A DNA stretch of 64,000 nucleotides from Candidatus Woesebacteria bacterium (GCA_035389185.1 DAOORK010000001.1:1006-65005), one strand, 5' to 3'. Positions 28,346 to 38,812 are shown, numbered from the stretch's first letter. Numbers and translations: made by a program. Notes: a model not told the origin generated them from the sequence alone.

Positions 28346-28810
28346 GTGGTTATTCATCGTTCAAGAGATCGTGTATTAATTGCCAGCATTGGCGAAACCT
28401 TCTTTATATCATTTTTAATTATCTGTCTCAGTTTTACTAAAGAGACGATATTATCAATGAAGTCACCTTGGGAATATGTTTTTCTGATTGTTATTTTGGT
28501 TATCGCAGTTGTGTTCTTTCTCTGGGTGTTACTTTGTGAGTTTAATCGTCCTCTGTTACCCAAGCAAACTCAGACCGAACGGCAGGAGTTGGAAAGCTGG
28601 CTGGCCAGCGAAGGCTATCGCAAGTTTTGGGGAACGATCTCCCGAAAAGACGGAGTGATTACCTTCAGGCTGGACAAATGTCGTGATCCATATCCTGAAA
28701 ATGGAATTAAACCAATGGAGCACGGTAATTACGTGTACTGGGACTTTGGTCAGTACAGGATAGTCAGACGCCTTGATCTCTCGATCGATTCCGAGGCGTA
28801 CGTGAAATAG
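28346..28810 (+). CDS. 2-TM orphan protein, array member 3
   Basis: Same motifs, ends YVK. Confidence 0.8.
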   Translation: MVIHRSRDRVLIASIGETFFISFLIICLSFTKETILSMKSPWEYVFLIVILVIAVVFFLWVLLCEFNRPLLPKQTQTERQELESWLASEGYRKFWGTISRKDGVITFRLDKCRDPYPENGIKPMEHGNYVYWDFGQYRIVRRLDLSIDSEAYVK

Positions 28811-28849
28811 TTTTGAAGATCTCCCTAGGAATAGGGAGATTTTTTTGGC

Positions 28850-30808
28850 TTATTTGAGTACCGGCTGGGAAAGTTGTTCGAGATAATTGGTGGCAGATTG
28901 ATAGTCTGGCTTGAGGTCGAGAGCTGTCTGAAAGGCAGTCTTTGCTTCATTGTTTTGACCAAGGCTAAGATAGAGGACTCCAAGGTTAAAATAGTTTGAG
29001 CTATCTGTGGGTGAAATCTCGGTGATTTTAGTGAGAGTTTTGACGGCTTCTTGATTGTACTGGGGATAGAGTTCGGCAAGAGTAAGTTCGGTTTTGGCTT
29101 TGGTTTTGAGAATATTGAGATTGTGTGGGTTCATGGAAACGGCCCTTTCCGAGTTGCTGATGGCTTCGGAAATAAAACTGTTTATATATGACTCCGCTTT
29201 TTGTTTTAGTTCAGCAGAAGCAGTAGCCGGAATTTGTTTTTCGATTTGCGGAGCAATAATTTGAACGGCAATTAAGGCATTTAGATAGCCGTATTGAGCG
29301 TAATAAATGGGTTCGTGTGGATTTAGCTCCAGGGCCTTTTTACTTTCTTCATAGCTATTGCGGCCTAAGTTGTAGGCGATGTCTCCTCGCCAGGATTTGT
29401 TGAGGTTTATAAGAAGCCATATCGCTCCAATGACGACGATGGAGACACCCAGTATGGTGTCGAAACGGAGTTCAATGGATTTATCCTCGCCTGCATCGAG
29501 AGAAGAGAGATAGATGGCCGGAAAAAGAAAGAAAAATAAGCCGATGTTGACTACCGAAAAACCAAAGTAGTTGGTGATAAGAATAGAAATAAAACCAAGA
29601 AGCAGAGGTAGGCGAAGATCGCCATGTTTGGTTTTTTTGTTTAAGAACAAATAGAGGATAGAGCCAGTAAGAAAGAGGTAAGTGCCAAGACCAACAAAAC
29701 CGGAGTTGGCGAAGAAGTTGAGGTACTCGTTGTGGGCTTTGTTGTAGAGAAAATCGGTTTCTGAAGTCAGGTTGTGTGAGGCAGGGCGAACCTGGTAATA
29801 GCTATAGCCAAATGTCTCGACACCGGTGCCAAAAAGGGGATGGGAAAGACCTAACTTTATTGCCCCTTCCCAAACCACACGACGGATGGCCATGGAGTCG
29901 GAGCCACCAACGCGGGTTTTGTTTTCTTCAGTGATGATGGTGAGAGTGTCGGAGTAAAAAGGATTGATTTTATTAAGAGAGTTTAGGGTTTGATTGATCT
30001 TTGAACCGGCGAAAATAAAAAGAAGAATAGTGATTGGAATGAGTCCGAGAATAAGCCAAGACTTGCCTTTTTGAACTGAAGTAATAATAAAGAAGAGTAA
30101 TAAAATAACTGCGGTAGCTCCGAGACCGGACTGGGATTTAGTAAAGACAATGGTGATGAGAAATAGCAAAGAGAGTCCAAGGTGCAGGTATTTTTTGTCG
30201 ACGGTGTTGGCATTTACTGCTTGGTAAAGAGAAAGGGGAAGCAAGGCAACTAGGAAGGCCGAGAGCCAGTTGGGCTGGCCAAGAGTAGAAAAAACGCGAT
30301 TTTGGACGTCTTGGACCCAGATGTTTTTATCGATGCCAAAGTGCTCAAGAACGCCGTAAAATGAAATTACTGCGGCTGATGAGAGGATAGCGATGAGAAC
30401 GCGACCGAGAGCCTTTTTTTCTCCATGGAAATGGGTGACAAAAGCGTAGTAAAGAAGGACATAAGAGACTGTGGACATCAAACCCCCATGAAAACGAGAA
30501 TAGTACCCCCAAAGGCTAGTGTGGGGATTAATTGAGATGATAGTAGAAATTATTTGAGAGACGAGGAAGAGAAGGATTGGCAGGTCGAGCTTGGTGCGGA
30601 CAAACTCAAAACGATGATTGACAAAGGACTTGGTAAGCCAGGTTGCTCCAATGAGAATGGTCATCAGATAAACAAAAAGCATTTTGTTGAATTCAAAAAC
30701 CTCGGAAGTGTATGGCCAAAGGATAAGCGGAGTGACGAAAAAAAGAAGGTAAAAAAGCCAACGGATGATTTGGGTGTAAATAGGGGAGGTTTCCGGCCTT
30801 TTGGACAT
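28850..30808 (-). CDS. O-antigen ligase-family membrane protein with C-terminal TPRs
   Basis: RVFSTLGQPN, R..VW, PLFGTG.ETF and AHNEYL; TPR tail. Confidence 0.88.
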   Translation of the reverse strand: MSKRPETSPIYTQIIRWLFYLLFFVTPLILWPYTSEVFEFNKMLFVYLMTILIGATWLTKSFVNHRFEFVRTKLDLPILLFLVSQIISTIISINPHTSLWGYYSRFHGGLMSTVSYVLLYYAFVTHFHGEKKALGRVLIAILSSAAVISFYGVLEHFGIDKNIWVQDVQNRVFSTLGQPNWLSAFLVALLPLSLYQAVNANTVDKKYLHLGLSLLFLITIVFTKSQSGLGATAVILLLFFIITSVQKGKSWLILGLIPITILLFIFAGSKINQTLNSLNKINPFYSDTLTIITEENKTRVGGSDSMAIRRVVWEGAIKLGLSHPLFGTGVETFGYSYYQVRPASHNLTSETDFLYNKAHNEYLNFFANSGFVGLGTYLFLTGSILYLFLNKKTKHGDLRLPLLLGFISILITNYFGFSVVNIGLFFFLFPAIYLSSLDAGEDKSIELRFDTILGVSIVVIGAIWLLINLNKSWRGDIAYNLGRNSYEESKKALELNPHEPIYYAQYGYLNALIAVQIIAPQIEKQIPATASAELKQKAESYINSFISEAISNSERAVSMNPHNLNILKTKAKTELTLAELYPQYNQEAVKTLTKITEISPTDSSNYFNLGVLYLSLGQNNEAKTAFQTALDLKPDYQSATNYLEQLSQPVLK

Positions 30809-30852
30809 GATGTTAGTTTAACATTGAACTAATTATTTTTTCACCTTGCTCC

Positions 30853-31053
30853 AATCCATTGAAAAAACCCGGATGTTATTTTGTTGCAAATCCTCTCTAC
30901 TTCGCCATTATTCCTTTCTGCCGACCGACTCATACCGCCTCTCCTGCGGAGGCGGTTGGTCTGCCTACTCACCTCGAAAACTCTGCCTACGGGCAGAGAC
31001 TATGCTTTTCGAGGTTCCGTAAGCTCGTCATTAAGGACAAATGGCTCGTAGAG
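30853..31053 (-). repeat. structured repeat family 1, ~200-bp copy
   Basis: Near-identical to 55084-55283. Confidence 0.9.
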
Positions 31054-31120
31054 AATTTGTTTTACTGTTGAATATTTCGGTCTTCAATTTGTGAGGTAAT
31101 CTGTTATTATTAGCCATATT

Positions 31121-32185
31121 ATGTTCGAGTCTTTGTGGAGATTAGCGACCTTGGATGTGGGTATCGATTTAGGTACGGCTAATACTGTGGTGCATGTTGC
31201 CGGCAAGGGAGTAGTGATTCGTCAGCCTTCGGTAGTCGCTAGACATATGAAGACGAAAGAGATTTTGGCAATTGGAGCAGAAGCGAGAAAGATGTTGGGA
31301 AAAAATCCTGCCAATATTGAGGTGGTGAGACCTCTTCACGACGGGGTGATTGCTGATTTTGATGCGGCCGAAGCCATGCTTAAGCACTACATTGTGGAAG
31401 TTCATGAGTTTTATAAAGGGCTGGGTTTTAAAATCGCCCGTCCGAGAGTGGCGATTGGAATTCCTTCTGGTGTGACTGAAGTTGAGAGGAGAGCTGTGCA
31501 AGACGCGGCTTTGTCGGCCGGAGCAAGAGCGGCGTTTTTGGTGGAAGAACCAATGGCCGCGGCGATTGGTTCCGGATTGCCTGTAGAAAAGGCCGAAGGG
31601 CAGATGGTTTGTGATATTGGCGGGGGAACATCGGAGATTGGGGTAATTTCTTTGGGAGGACTGGTACTTAATCGCAGTTTGCGCGTTGCAGGGGACGAAT
31701 TAACGGAATCGATCATGAATTTTGCTCGATTGAAGTACAACCTTCTTTTGGGTGAGTCAACAGCAGAGGAAGTAAAAATTAAGGTAGGTTCGGCATTTCC
31801 TCTTAAATGTGAGAAAGAAGGAAATCCTCTGACCGTGGTAGTGCGCGGGAGGAGTTTGGAGTCTGGTCTTCCCAAGTCGATGAAACTTAATAGTGTCGAG
31901 ATTAGAGAAGCAATGATGCCGGTTATAAATCAGATTTTGTCGGAGATAACTTTAATTATTGAAGAAACACCGCCTGATCTGGTCGCCGATATTTTGGAAA
32001 AGGGAATGGTAATGGCGGGAGGCGGGTCATTGATTCGAGGAATAGATAAATTGGTTTCCGAACAAACAGGTATGCCGGTTTGGATCACGGAAACACCTTT
32101 GGAGGCGGTAGTTCGCGGCTGTGCTAGGGTTTTGGAAGATGACAAATTGCTGGGCAAGGTAAGAGTGATTGGCGGGCTCAGATAG
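31121..32185 (+). CDS. mreB: rod shape-determining protein MreB
   Basis: GIDLGTANT, EEPMAAAIG, DIGGGT and AGGG. Confidence 0.96.
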   Translation: MFESLWRLATLDVGIDLGTANTVVHVAGKGVVIRQPSVVARHMKTKEILAIGAEARKMLGKNPANIEVVRPLHDGVIADFDAAEAMLKHYIVEVHEFYKGLGFKIARPRVAIGIPSGVTEVERRAVQDAALSAGARAAFLVEEPMAAAIGSGLPVEKAEGQMVCDIGGGTSEIGVISLGGLVLNRSLRVAGDELTESIMNFARLKYNLLLGESTAEEVKIKVGSAFPLKCEKEGNPLTVVVRGRSLESGLPKSMKLNSVEIREAMMPVINQILSEITLIIEETPPDLVADILEKGMVMAGGGSLIRGIDKLVSEQTGMPVWITETPLEAVVRGCARVLEDDKLLGKVRVIGGLR

Positions 32186-32255
32186 ATTGATTTAGTCCCA
32201 TAACTATGATAATATTCCGACGTAACTTAAAATAATCTTTCAATTGGAGGTATGT

Positions 32256-32642
32256 ATGTCGTGGCTCTCTTTGCTGATTGCCCTGATCATGACGGGCAAA
32301 AACGGTGCAAGTCTGATTGGCAATGCCTGGTGGTATCAGTACTTAATGAATTTGGTATCAGTGGAACAGTTTTTCTTGGGTGCAGGCTTGGGTATCTTCG
32401 CGATCGCCCTTGTTGTTTGCATCGCGATTGGGCTTCGTTCGGGGTTTCGAAAGTCCTTTAGTGGAATTGGCTGTATCTCCACCATGATTTTGGTTTGGCT
32501 AGGGACACTACCCCTATTCGAGTGGATCACCTTGCTTTTGGCAAAAGGTATGTTGAATGCTTTTGATCCTGTACTGGGGATTGTCAACCAGGGTGCTTTC
32601 ATTTTGAATGCGGCAATTTTTGTACTCCTTGGAGCAGGTTAG
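32256..32642 (+). CDS. multi-TM hypothetical membrane protein
   Basis: Promoter, CGTAACTTAAAA, GGAGG; hydrophobic sequence. Confidence 0.72.
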   Translation: MSWLSLLIALIMTGKNGASLIGNAWWYQYLMNLVSVEQFFLGAGLGIFAIALVVCIAIGLRSGFRKSFSGIGCISTMILVWLGTLPLFEWITLLLAKGMLNAFDPVLGIVNQGAFILNAAIFVLLGAG

Positions 32643-32739
32643 GATCATCCCCGGTTTAGGCCGGGGGTTTTTGTGCTATGGGGCATATATGTTAAAATAT
32701 GAACGTTCGAGAACGTTGAAAATTCAAATAGGAGGATAC

Positions 32740-34011
32740 ATGAAGAAGAATGATGGCTACACCGATCGTCTAAAACAGGCGGCGTTGGAAGGAGTAATTT
32801 CTCGCTTGGAAGGTGAGCAAGCATTTATGGTGGTTAGCTTCATGAAGAAGTGCGCCGTTCCTGAAGTTGTCTACGAGTCAAAAAAGGTCAGGAAATTGGC
32901 CTTGGAATATATCCGTGATGGATTGGGCCATATGTTTTTATTTGATGATAAAAATTACCAGATGGCGGCTCAGCAGGCCAAGGCAGTGAGAGTACCAGAT
33001 GGTTTAATAAATAATTTGATACTTGAGTATTTTTATAATTATGTAGTTGTCCATGGATATTTGCCTCGTGACTTTGATATCGTGACACAAGCGTTTGCTG
33101 TGCCAAAAGAGATAATCGCCAAGAAACCGGAGTTTGAGAAAGCGGTTTTGAAGGAGATTGGGTCACGCGCATTTAACAGCCGAGATGTCTTGCGGAGTAT
33201 GCTGTGTTACCTGAAGTATTTTTCTCTTTCCCAAGAGGCCATGGGCTCAATGGTGAAGTATGCTTTTGAACATTATGCCTTCAGAGTCGTGAAGGATAAA
33301 GCATTTGAAGAAGAAAATGAAGCGCTTCTTGACAAAATTATCTCAGATACAAAACTAAATCGGGGAGAGATTTTGGCTTTAATTTTGTCAAAAATATCCG
33401 AGTTGATAGAGGGTGGATTCATTGAAGAAGCTACCGTTTTGATCAAAAAGTTCAAAATCACTCCTTCGATGGTGGTTAATGAGAATAACAAAAAACTGGC
33501 AGTCGATGGCGCTCTGAAAATGTTTCGTTGCGGAGAGATCAAAGAAGCAAAGCAAATTATCAGAATGTTTGACTTGTCGAAAGCTGACTTTGAGGAGAGT
33601 GAACTACTGAAGGCAGTTGGCGCCCGTCTCGGGTACGATGAGTTTAACAAGATCCTCAGAGTAATTGCTTTTGCCGATCTTCCTCAAGAAACAGTGGCCA
33701 GTTATTTGAGAGACAATTTGAAGAAGTTCGTACGAGAAGGTGTCAAGAACGTCAAGCCTTTGGCTGAGAAGTATGGAATCGGCTGGGGTGAACTGGTGAA
33801 GGCGGCCGAAGATGCTTTTGTGGAGGGTTTGGCTTCATCCGGCAATAACTACGTGATGAAGTACGTTGCAGAATATGGCCTTTCACAGGAGTTTTTGGCT
33901 AGCGAGAGGGTAATTGAGGCCGCAAAGATGGGCTTGATTGCGGTGTACAAACACGCTGACATTCACAATAGTATTGGATTTTTGGAGAGTACCTTTGGTT
34001 TAAATAAATAA
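32740..34011 (+). CDS. helical orphan protein, paralog A
   Basis: ATG after AGGAGG; C-terminus LSQEFLASERVIEAAK similar to the next gene. Confidence 0.78.
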   Translation: MKKNDGYTDRLKQAALEGVISRLEGEQAFMVVSFMKKCAVPEVVYESKKVRKLALEYIRDGLGHMFLFDDKNYQMAAQQAKAVRVPDGLINNLILEYFYNYVVVHGYLPRDFDIVTQAFAVPKEIIAKKPEFEKAVLKEIGSRAFNSRDVLRSMLCYLKYFSLSQEAMGSMVKYAFEHYAFRVVKDKAFEEENEALLDKIISDTKLNRGEILALILSKISELIEGGFIEEATVLIKKFKITPSMVVNENNKKLAVDGALKMFRCGEIKEAKQIIRMFDLSKADFEESELLKAVGARLGYDEFNKILRVIAFADLPQETVASYLRDNLKKFVREGVKNVKPLAEKYGIGWGELVKAAEDAFVEGLASSGNNYVMKYVAEYGLSQEFLASERVIEAAKMGLIAVYKHADIHNSIGFLESTFGLNK

Positions 34012-34111
34012 TTTTTCCCCCGAGCGATCGGGGGATTTTTGTATTTATAGGCTTAATATGGTAGACTACAGGCGATCGTGGACGTTGAAAACTAAAAAGG
34101 AGGATGGCAAA

Positions 34112-35389
34112 GTGAAATCAGATTTCGAAAAAAAGGTCACACAGAATATTGTTGAAGGGATTAACAATTGTCTGATAAAGGGTTTTAAGATTCCTCAACT
34201 GATTGAGTTCTTGGAAACCTGTCCAGATATTCCGGAAAACGTTTGGAAAGACAGATCGATTATCGAAAAAACCTTGATTTACATTAATTATGTACTGAAA
34301 ATAGATTATTCTCTGGAAGATACCAAGGATTTGCCAAGGCTGACCAAGCTGTTGAAAATACCCCAAGAGGCGGTGAAGAGAGTGGTGTTGTCCTGCTTGG
34401 TTGCCGATTATGGTTTACCAAGACACTTCAAAGAAATTGTCGAAATCTTTGATCTTCAACAGAAGGATTTTGATATCAAAAAACTGGAAAAATCAATCCA
34501 TAACTACTTCAACTTATCACCTTTAGTTTATGAAGAACAGTGGACTGAGAACTTGCTTTTTTGCGCTGAGTTTTTTCCACTTAGCGAAGAAGTCAGGAAG
34601 AAGATCTATGCCGGGGTGATGGCCAGCTATATACTCGATGTGGCGGATGAAAGTTATCTTGAAAGGGCAGATATGATTTTGGGGATTAAGACTTCCGATA
34701 GAGGTAAGATCGCCCTTCTGGCAGTTGAGAATACCATCGAAGAAAACTTTTGTTTTTATTCTAGATCGGTTGACAATTCGATTCTTTTGTCTCCAGCAGT
34801 ATCATCAGTAAACAAAATGATTGAAGTATTAAAAAGATACAACACCGACGTTGTCTTGGTGACGGAAGAAGATATCCGTTTGCTGGCAAAGGGAGCGCTT
34901 GATCTTCTTGATGAAAACGATTTTGTCGGGGCGAGGAAAATTATCGATTTATTCAGCCTGGAAAGTGACGACTTTGATCGGGAAAGAGTCTTGAAAGTAG
35001 TCGAATATCACCTGTCGGGAGAAAAAGATGAAATTGCTGATTTTCTGATTTTCTATGCCGACATCAGTTCAGAGGAAATACAAAAGATTGCTTGCCAGAA
35101 ATTGGGAAGATTGGTTCGTGATAAACGGAAGGCTCTTGATTTTGCACAAGCCTATCATATTTCTCTTGACACAGTGAAAACTATTGTTGAAGAAATAGTT
35201 GTTGAGGACTTGAGTCATCCGAATGCCAGACCCGAAGACATATGTAGGGTGATTGACAATTTCCCTTTGTCGGAAGAATTTCTTAAAAGTTCAAGGGTTC
35301 TAGAACTGGCTAAAGCCGCATTGCTGACTGCTTATCACAAGTGCGACGCAAAAAGCGTTGTTTTGCTTAAACAAAAATTTGGAATTTAG
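34112..35389 (+). CDS. helical orphan protein, paralog B
   Basis: GTG after AAGGAGG; C-terminus LSEEFLKSSRVLELAK; near-identical terminator. Confidence 0.78.
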   Translation: MKSDFEKKVTQNIVEGINNCLIKGFKIPQLIEFLETCPDIPENVWKDRSIIEKTLIYINYVLKIDYSLEDTKDLPRLTKLLKIPQEAVKRVVLSCLVADYGLPRHFKEIVEIFDLQQKDFDIKKLEKSIHNYFNLSPLVYEEQWTENLLFCAEFFPLSEEVRKKIYAGVMASYILDVADESYLERADMILGIKTSDRGKIALLAVENTIEENFCFYSRSVDNSILLSPAVSSVNKMIEVLKRYNTDVVLVTEEDIRLLAKGALDLLDENDFVGARKIIDLFSLESDDFDRERVLKVVEYHLSGEKDEIADFLIFYADISSEEIQKIACQKLGRLVRDKRKALDFAQAYHISLDTVKTIVEEIVVEDLSHPNARPEDICRVIDNFPLSEEFLKSSRVLELAKAALLTAYHKCDAKSVVLLKQKFGI

Positions 35390-35421
35390 TATTTTTCCCC
35401 CGAGTGATCGGGGGATTTTTT

Positions 35422-35527
35422 ATATCAATCCCATAATGACGTAGTGATTATGGGCGCAGATATAAGAGGAAACGCAGGAAGATATTTTGATAATAATGAT
35501 TATCAAAAAGATGACGAGTAAGCTCTT
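35422..35527 (+). repeat. structured repeat family 2 copy
   Basis: CATAAT..ATTATG hairpin then AAGAGGAAAC...GAGTAAGCTCTT. Confidence 0.65.
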
Positions 35528-36290
35528 ATGGATCGAGAATAATAGCCAGGTTATCCGGATTATCGGAGAAAGTAGTACTTAGTTTTATCTCGGCTTTTTG
35601 AAGAGGTTCTTGAGGGTTAGAAATAACCTTAATAATTTTACCTATTACCAAGTTGCCAGGAATTTGTTCAGTTGTTTCGGTGAAGACATAGTCATTGGGA
35701 TTTACGGGAGAAAGACTGGGAATATCAGTGACTTGGGCAGTGGAGGCAGCGTACTTGTAAAAACCCTTTTGACCCGAAGAGGTGTGAACAGAAAGAACTC
35801 CGGATCGGTCATCGTCGAGGGGGCGAATATTGATTACCGATCCTTTGATCTCGGAAACTATACCAAGAAGGATGGTGTCAGAAACGAGAGGCTGGCCGAC
35901 CCTGACTTTATCAATAGGAAAAGATGAGGTGACGGTGTGGTTGCCAATTGACCCGGTAATGCGAACCGGAAGGACTGACTTAAAACTTGATTTAAGGTTG
36001 GGGTTTTGGCTATCGGTGATGGACTGCTTTAGCAGTTCGTTTTCGGTAAGTAGTTTGGCGTTTTGAGAGCGGAGTGAGCGATTTTCCGATTGGATTTGAG
36101 GTAGATTTTTGATAAAGGCAGTCTGTTTGTCCAGTGTTTGGTGGAGAACGCCGATTGGTTGGCGAATAGGAGTAAAGACAGTATAAAAGACAAGATCAAT
36201 GGTATGACCAAGGCTAAGTTTGCTGGCGATAGAAAATAGAATAGCAAAAAGAAGGGGAAAAATAAGATTATTAATTTTTGAAGTAGGCAT
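35526..36290 (-). CDS. mreC: rod shape-determining protein MreC
   Basis: N-terminal TM, coiled coil (ENRSLR..EN..LK), beta-barrel C-terminus (P.NLVIGKI); synteny. Confidence 0.78.
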   Translation of the reverse strand: MPTSKINNLIFPLLFAILFSIASKLSLGHTIDLVFYTVFTPIRQPIGVLHQTLDKQTAFIKNLPQIQSENRSLRSQNAKLLTENELLKQSITDSQNPNLKSSFKSVLPVRITGSIGNHTVTSSFPIDKVRVGQPLVSDTILLGIVSEIKGSVINIRPLDDDRSGVLSVHTSSGQKGFYKYAASTAQVTDIPSLSPVNPNDYVFTETTEQIPGNLVIGKIIKVISNPQEPLQKAEIKLSTTFSDNPDNLAIILDP

Positions 36291-36328
36291 TGAGTTAATT
36301 CCTTCTTTTAAGATTTGGTTGTATTATC

Positions 36329-36760
36329 ATGGAGATGTTGATGATAAATCAGTCCAAGAATAACATAAAAACAATTATAACCGTGTTGGTGCTGGTTATT
36401 TTGGGTGAAGGTGTCTTGGGTTGGGGTTTGTACTGGCCATTTTTGTTAGCTTTGCTGAACTGGAGAGGTGTTTATTGGTTGGCCTTTGGCGTGGGGATAT
36501 TAATTTCGGTACTGCGTGGTATGTCGATTGGATTACCAAGCCTTTTCATTTTGGTGGTAGTTGGAGGTTTATCTTTGCTGTTAAATGCCAGAAAAGAGGT
36601 AAGCTGGGTATTAATTGTGATTGGTGCTGTAGCTTCGATTGTTTTTGATATGGTATTTGGCTTGGACTGGAGTATCTGGGAAGTAATTGCAGTTTTGATT
36701 GCCGGAGTTGTGGCAGTGTCATGGTTTGAAAGATCGGAAACGATCAGAATTAATTATTAA
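36329..36760 (+). CDS. mreD: MreD-like membrane protein
   Basis: All-hydrophobic sequence directly upstream of PBP2. Confidence 0.6.
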   Translation: MEMLMINQSKNNIKTIITVLVLVILGEGVLGWGLYWPFLLALLNWRGVYWLAFGVGILISVLRGMSIGLPSLFILVVVGGLSLLLNARKEVSWVLIVIGAVASIVFDMVFGLDWSIWEVIAVLIAGVVAVSWFERSETIRINY

Positions 36761-36761
36761 T

Positions 36762-38276
36762 ATGGAAGAAAAGAAAACGTTTTTTTTGACCGGCTTGGTT
36801 TTGATATTGGTATTTGCCTTTGGTTTTTCCCGGTTGTTTTTTTTGACGGTGTTTATGGGCGGACACTACAAAGAACTAGCTACTGGGAATATGGTGAAGA
36901 TTGAAAAGACTGAAGCAGTGCGGGGAGTGATCAGTGATAAAAATGGTAAGCCTCTGGCCATAAACATTGAAAATAATGGTAAAACAGTTCGTTTTTATCC
37001 TGGTGGTGAAGTGACAGCGGCCGTTGTTGGTTATATGGGCAAGTCACTAGAAGAAGGAGCTGACCCGGATATTTTGGTGGGAAGAGTTGGGCTGGAAAGT
37101 AGTTTTCAGGAAAAATTAGCAGGAAAATACGGAGAAAAACTAATTGAAGAGACGGCTCAGGGAACAAAAAAGACAGAGATAACTCGCAAAGAGCCCGTTG
37201 CCGGTGAAAATATTCAGACAAACTTAGATTGGGAAGTTCAAAAAGCGGCTTATTTGGCCTTGAAAAGTACTTTAACATCAAACGGCAAAAGCGGAGCTGT
37301 GGTGGTGATGACAGTTGACGGAAAGGTGTTGGGCCTGGTGTCGGCACCGTCGTATGATCCCAACCTTTTTATTAATGGGGGAAGCAGAAGCGATTTTGGC
37401 GGCGAGTTTAAGGATGTAAACGATTTGCTGGGGGACAATGAAAAGAAACCACTATTCAATCGGGCTGTATCCGGAGATTTTGCACCAGGATCTGTTTTTA
37501 AGTTGGTGCCAGCCTTAGCGGCTTTGGAAGAAAAAAAGATTTCCAAAGACACTTTGATTCAGGATAGTGGAGAGATTGTGATTGGTAATTATCGTTTTGG
37601 AAACTGGTTGTTGGATAAGTATGGCCAAACCGAAGGACAGATTAATGTGGTGAAGGCCATTGCTAGAAGTAACGATATTTTCTTTTATAAAACCGGTGAG
37701 CTGCTGGGGGTTGATAATCTCGTGTCGTGGAGCAAGAAACTGGGTTTGGGTGAGACAACAGGAATTGATCTTCCCGGCGAGTCGGGCGGTTTTGTGCCGA
37801 CGCCTTATTGGAGAGAAAAAACATTTGGAGAAAAGTGGTTTTTGGGAAATACTTACCATTTGTCGATTGGCCAGGGAGATTTGATGACAACGCCCTTGCA
37901 AATAAATAGAATGACTGCGGCGGTAGTATCCGGCCTAAGTTGTGCGCCAAGATTGGTGGGAACAGCAACCTGTATGGATATTAAAATAAATGAAAATAAT
38001 CGAAAGACTGTTCTTGAGGGTATGATGGCGGCGTGTAGTAAGGGGGGAACCGCTTTCCCTTTGTACGATTACGGTGGTCAGATTTACTGTAAAACAGGAA
38101 CTGCTCAAAAAGGGGGAGAAGATACTCTGCCAAACGCTTGGTTGTCAATGGTGATACCGGTTGGACAAAGTGTTAAAGATTGGGTAGTGGTAACTGTTTT
38201 AGTAGAAGAAGGGGGAGAAGGTAGTGCTGTGGCGGCGCCAATTGCCAAAGAACTGGTGCCTTTGTTTTTGAAATAG
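36762..38276 (+). CDS. mrdA: penicillin-binding protein 2 (class B)
   Basis: RG.I.D.NG, PGSVFK, SND and KTGTAQ. Confidence 0.9.
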   Translation: MEEKKTFFLTGLVLILVFAFGFSRLFFLTVFMGGHYKELATGNMVKIEKTEAVRGVISDKNGKPLAINIENNGKTVRFYPGGEVTAAVVGYMGKSLEEGADPDILVGRVGLESSFQEKLAGKYGEKLIEETAQGTKKTEITRKEPVAGENIQTNLDWEVQKAAYLALKSTLTSNGKSGAVVVMTVDGKVLGLVSAPSYDPNLFINGGSRSDFGGEFKDVNDLLGDNEKKPLFNRAVSGDFAPGSVFKLVPALAALEEKKISKDTLIQDSGEIVIGNYRFGNWLLDKYGQTEGQINVVKAIARSNDIFFYKTGELLGVDNLVSWSKKLGLGETTGIDLPGESGGFVPTPYWREKTFGEKWFLGNTYHLSIGQGDLMTTPLQINRMTAAVVSGLSCAPRLVGTATCMDIKINENNRKTVLEGMMAACSKGGTAFPLYDYGGQIYCKTGTAQKGGEDTLPNAWLSMVIPVGQSVKDWVVVTVLVEEGGEGSAVAAPIAKELVPLFLK

Positions 38277-38316
38277 GGTAGAATAACGGACAAGAACATT
38301 AATTAAGGAGGAGTAG

Positions 38317-38695
38317 TTGGAAAAGTATAAGTATGATGTGTTTCTGATCTGTCCGGTGCGGAATGCTTCTGAGGAACAAAAAGCCTAAGATGGCTACTTA
38401 CATTAAGAGTCTTGAGGATGCCGGTAAGACAGTTTACTACCCGGCCCGCGATACTAATCAAGAGGACTCTTTGACTGGAGGCTACAGAATCTGCCTCGAC
38501 AACACTACCGCAATTAGAAATGCCAAGGAAGTGCACATCTTTTTTGATCCCAAGAGCACAGGGTCGAATTTCGATTTTGGAGTGGCTTTTGCCCTGAAGA
38601 AAGAGATCGTGATTGTCAATCCTGGAGATCTGGTTTTGACAGAAGGTAAGTCGTTTGACAACATGCTTAACTTCTGGAGTAAATTGAAGAAGTGA
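38317..38695 (+). pseudogene. nucleoside 2-deoxyribosyltransferase-like gene with +1 frameshift
   Basis: SD-led TTG frame gives MEKYKYDVFLICPVRNASEEQKA*; the +1 frame continues YYPARD...STGSNFDFGVAFA. Confidence 0.65.
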
Positions 38696-38744
38696 TCTTT
38701 CGACCCCCCCCTCGTAATAGGGGGGCTTTTCTTGCCCTATATAC

Positions 38745-38773
38745 TTGACACTACTGACTTGTTGTGATATACT
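38745..38773 (+). promoter_or_regulatory. near-consensus sigma70 promoter
   Basis: TTGACA-17-TATACT, preceded by CCCTATATA. Confidence 0.85.
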
Positions 38774-38812
38774 ACGATCTGTTCTGTGCTTAACAGCACG
38801 GCGAACATTGAC

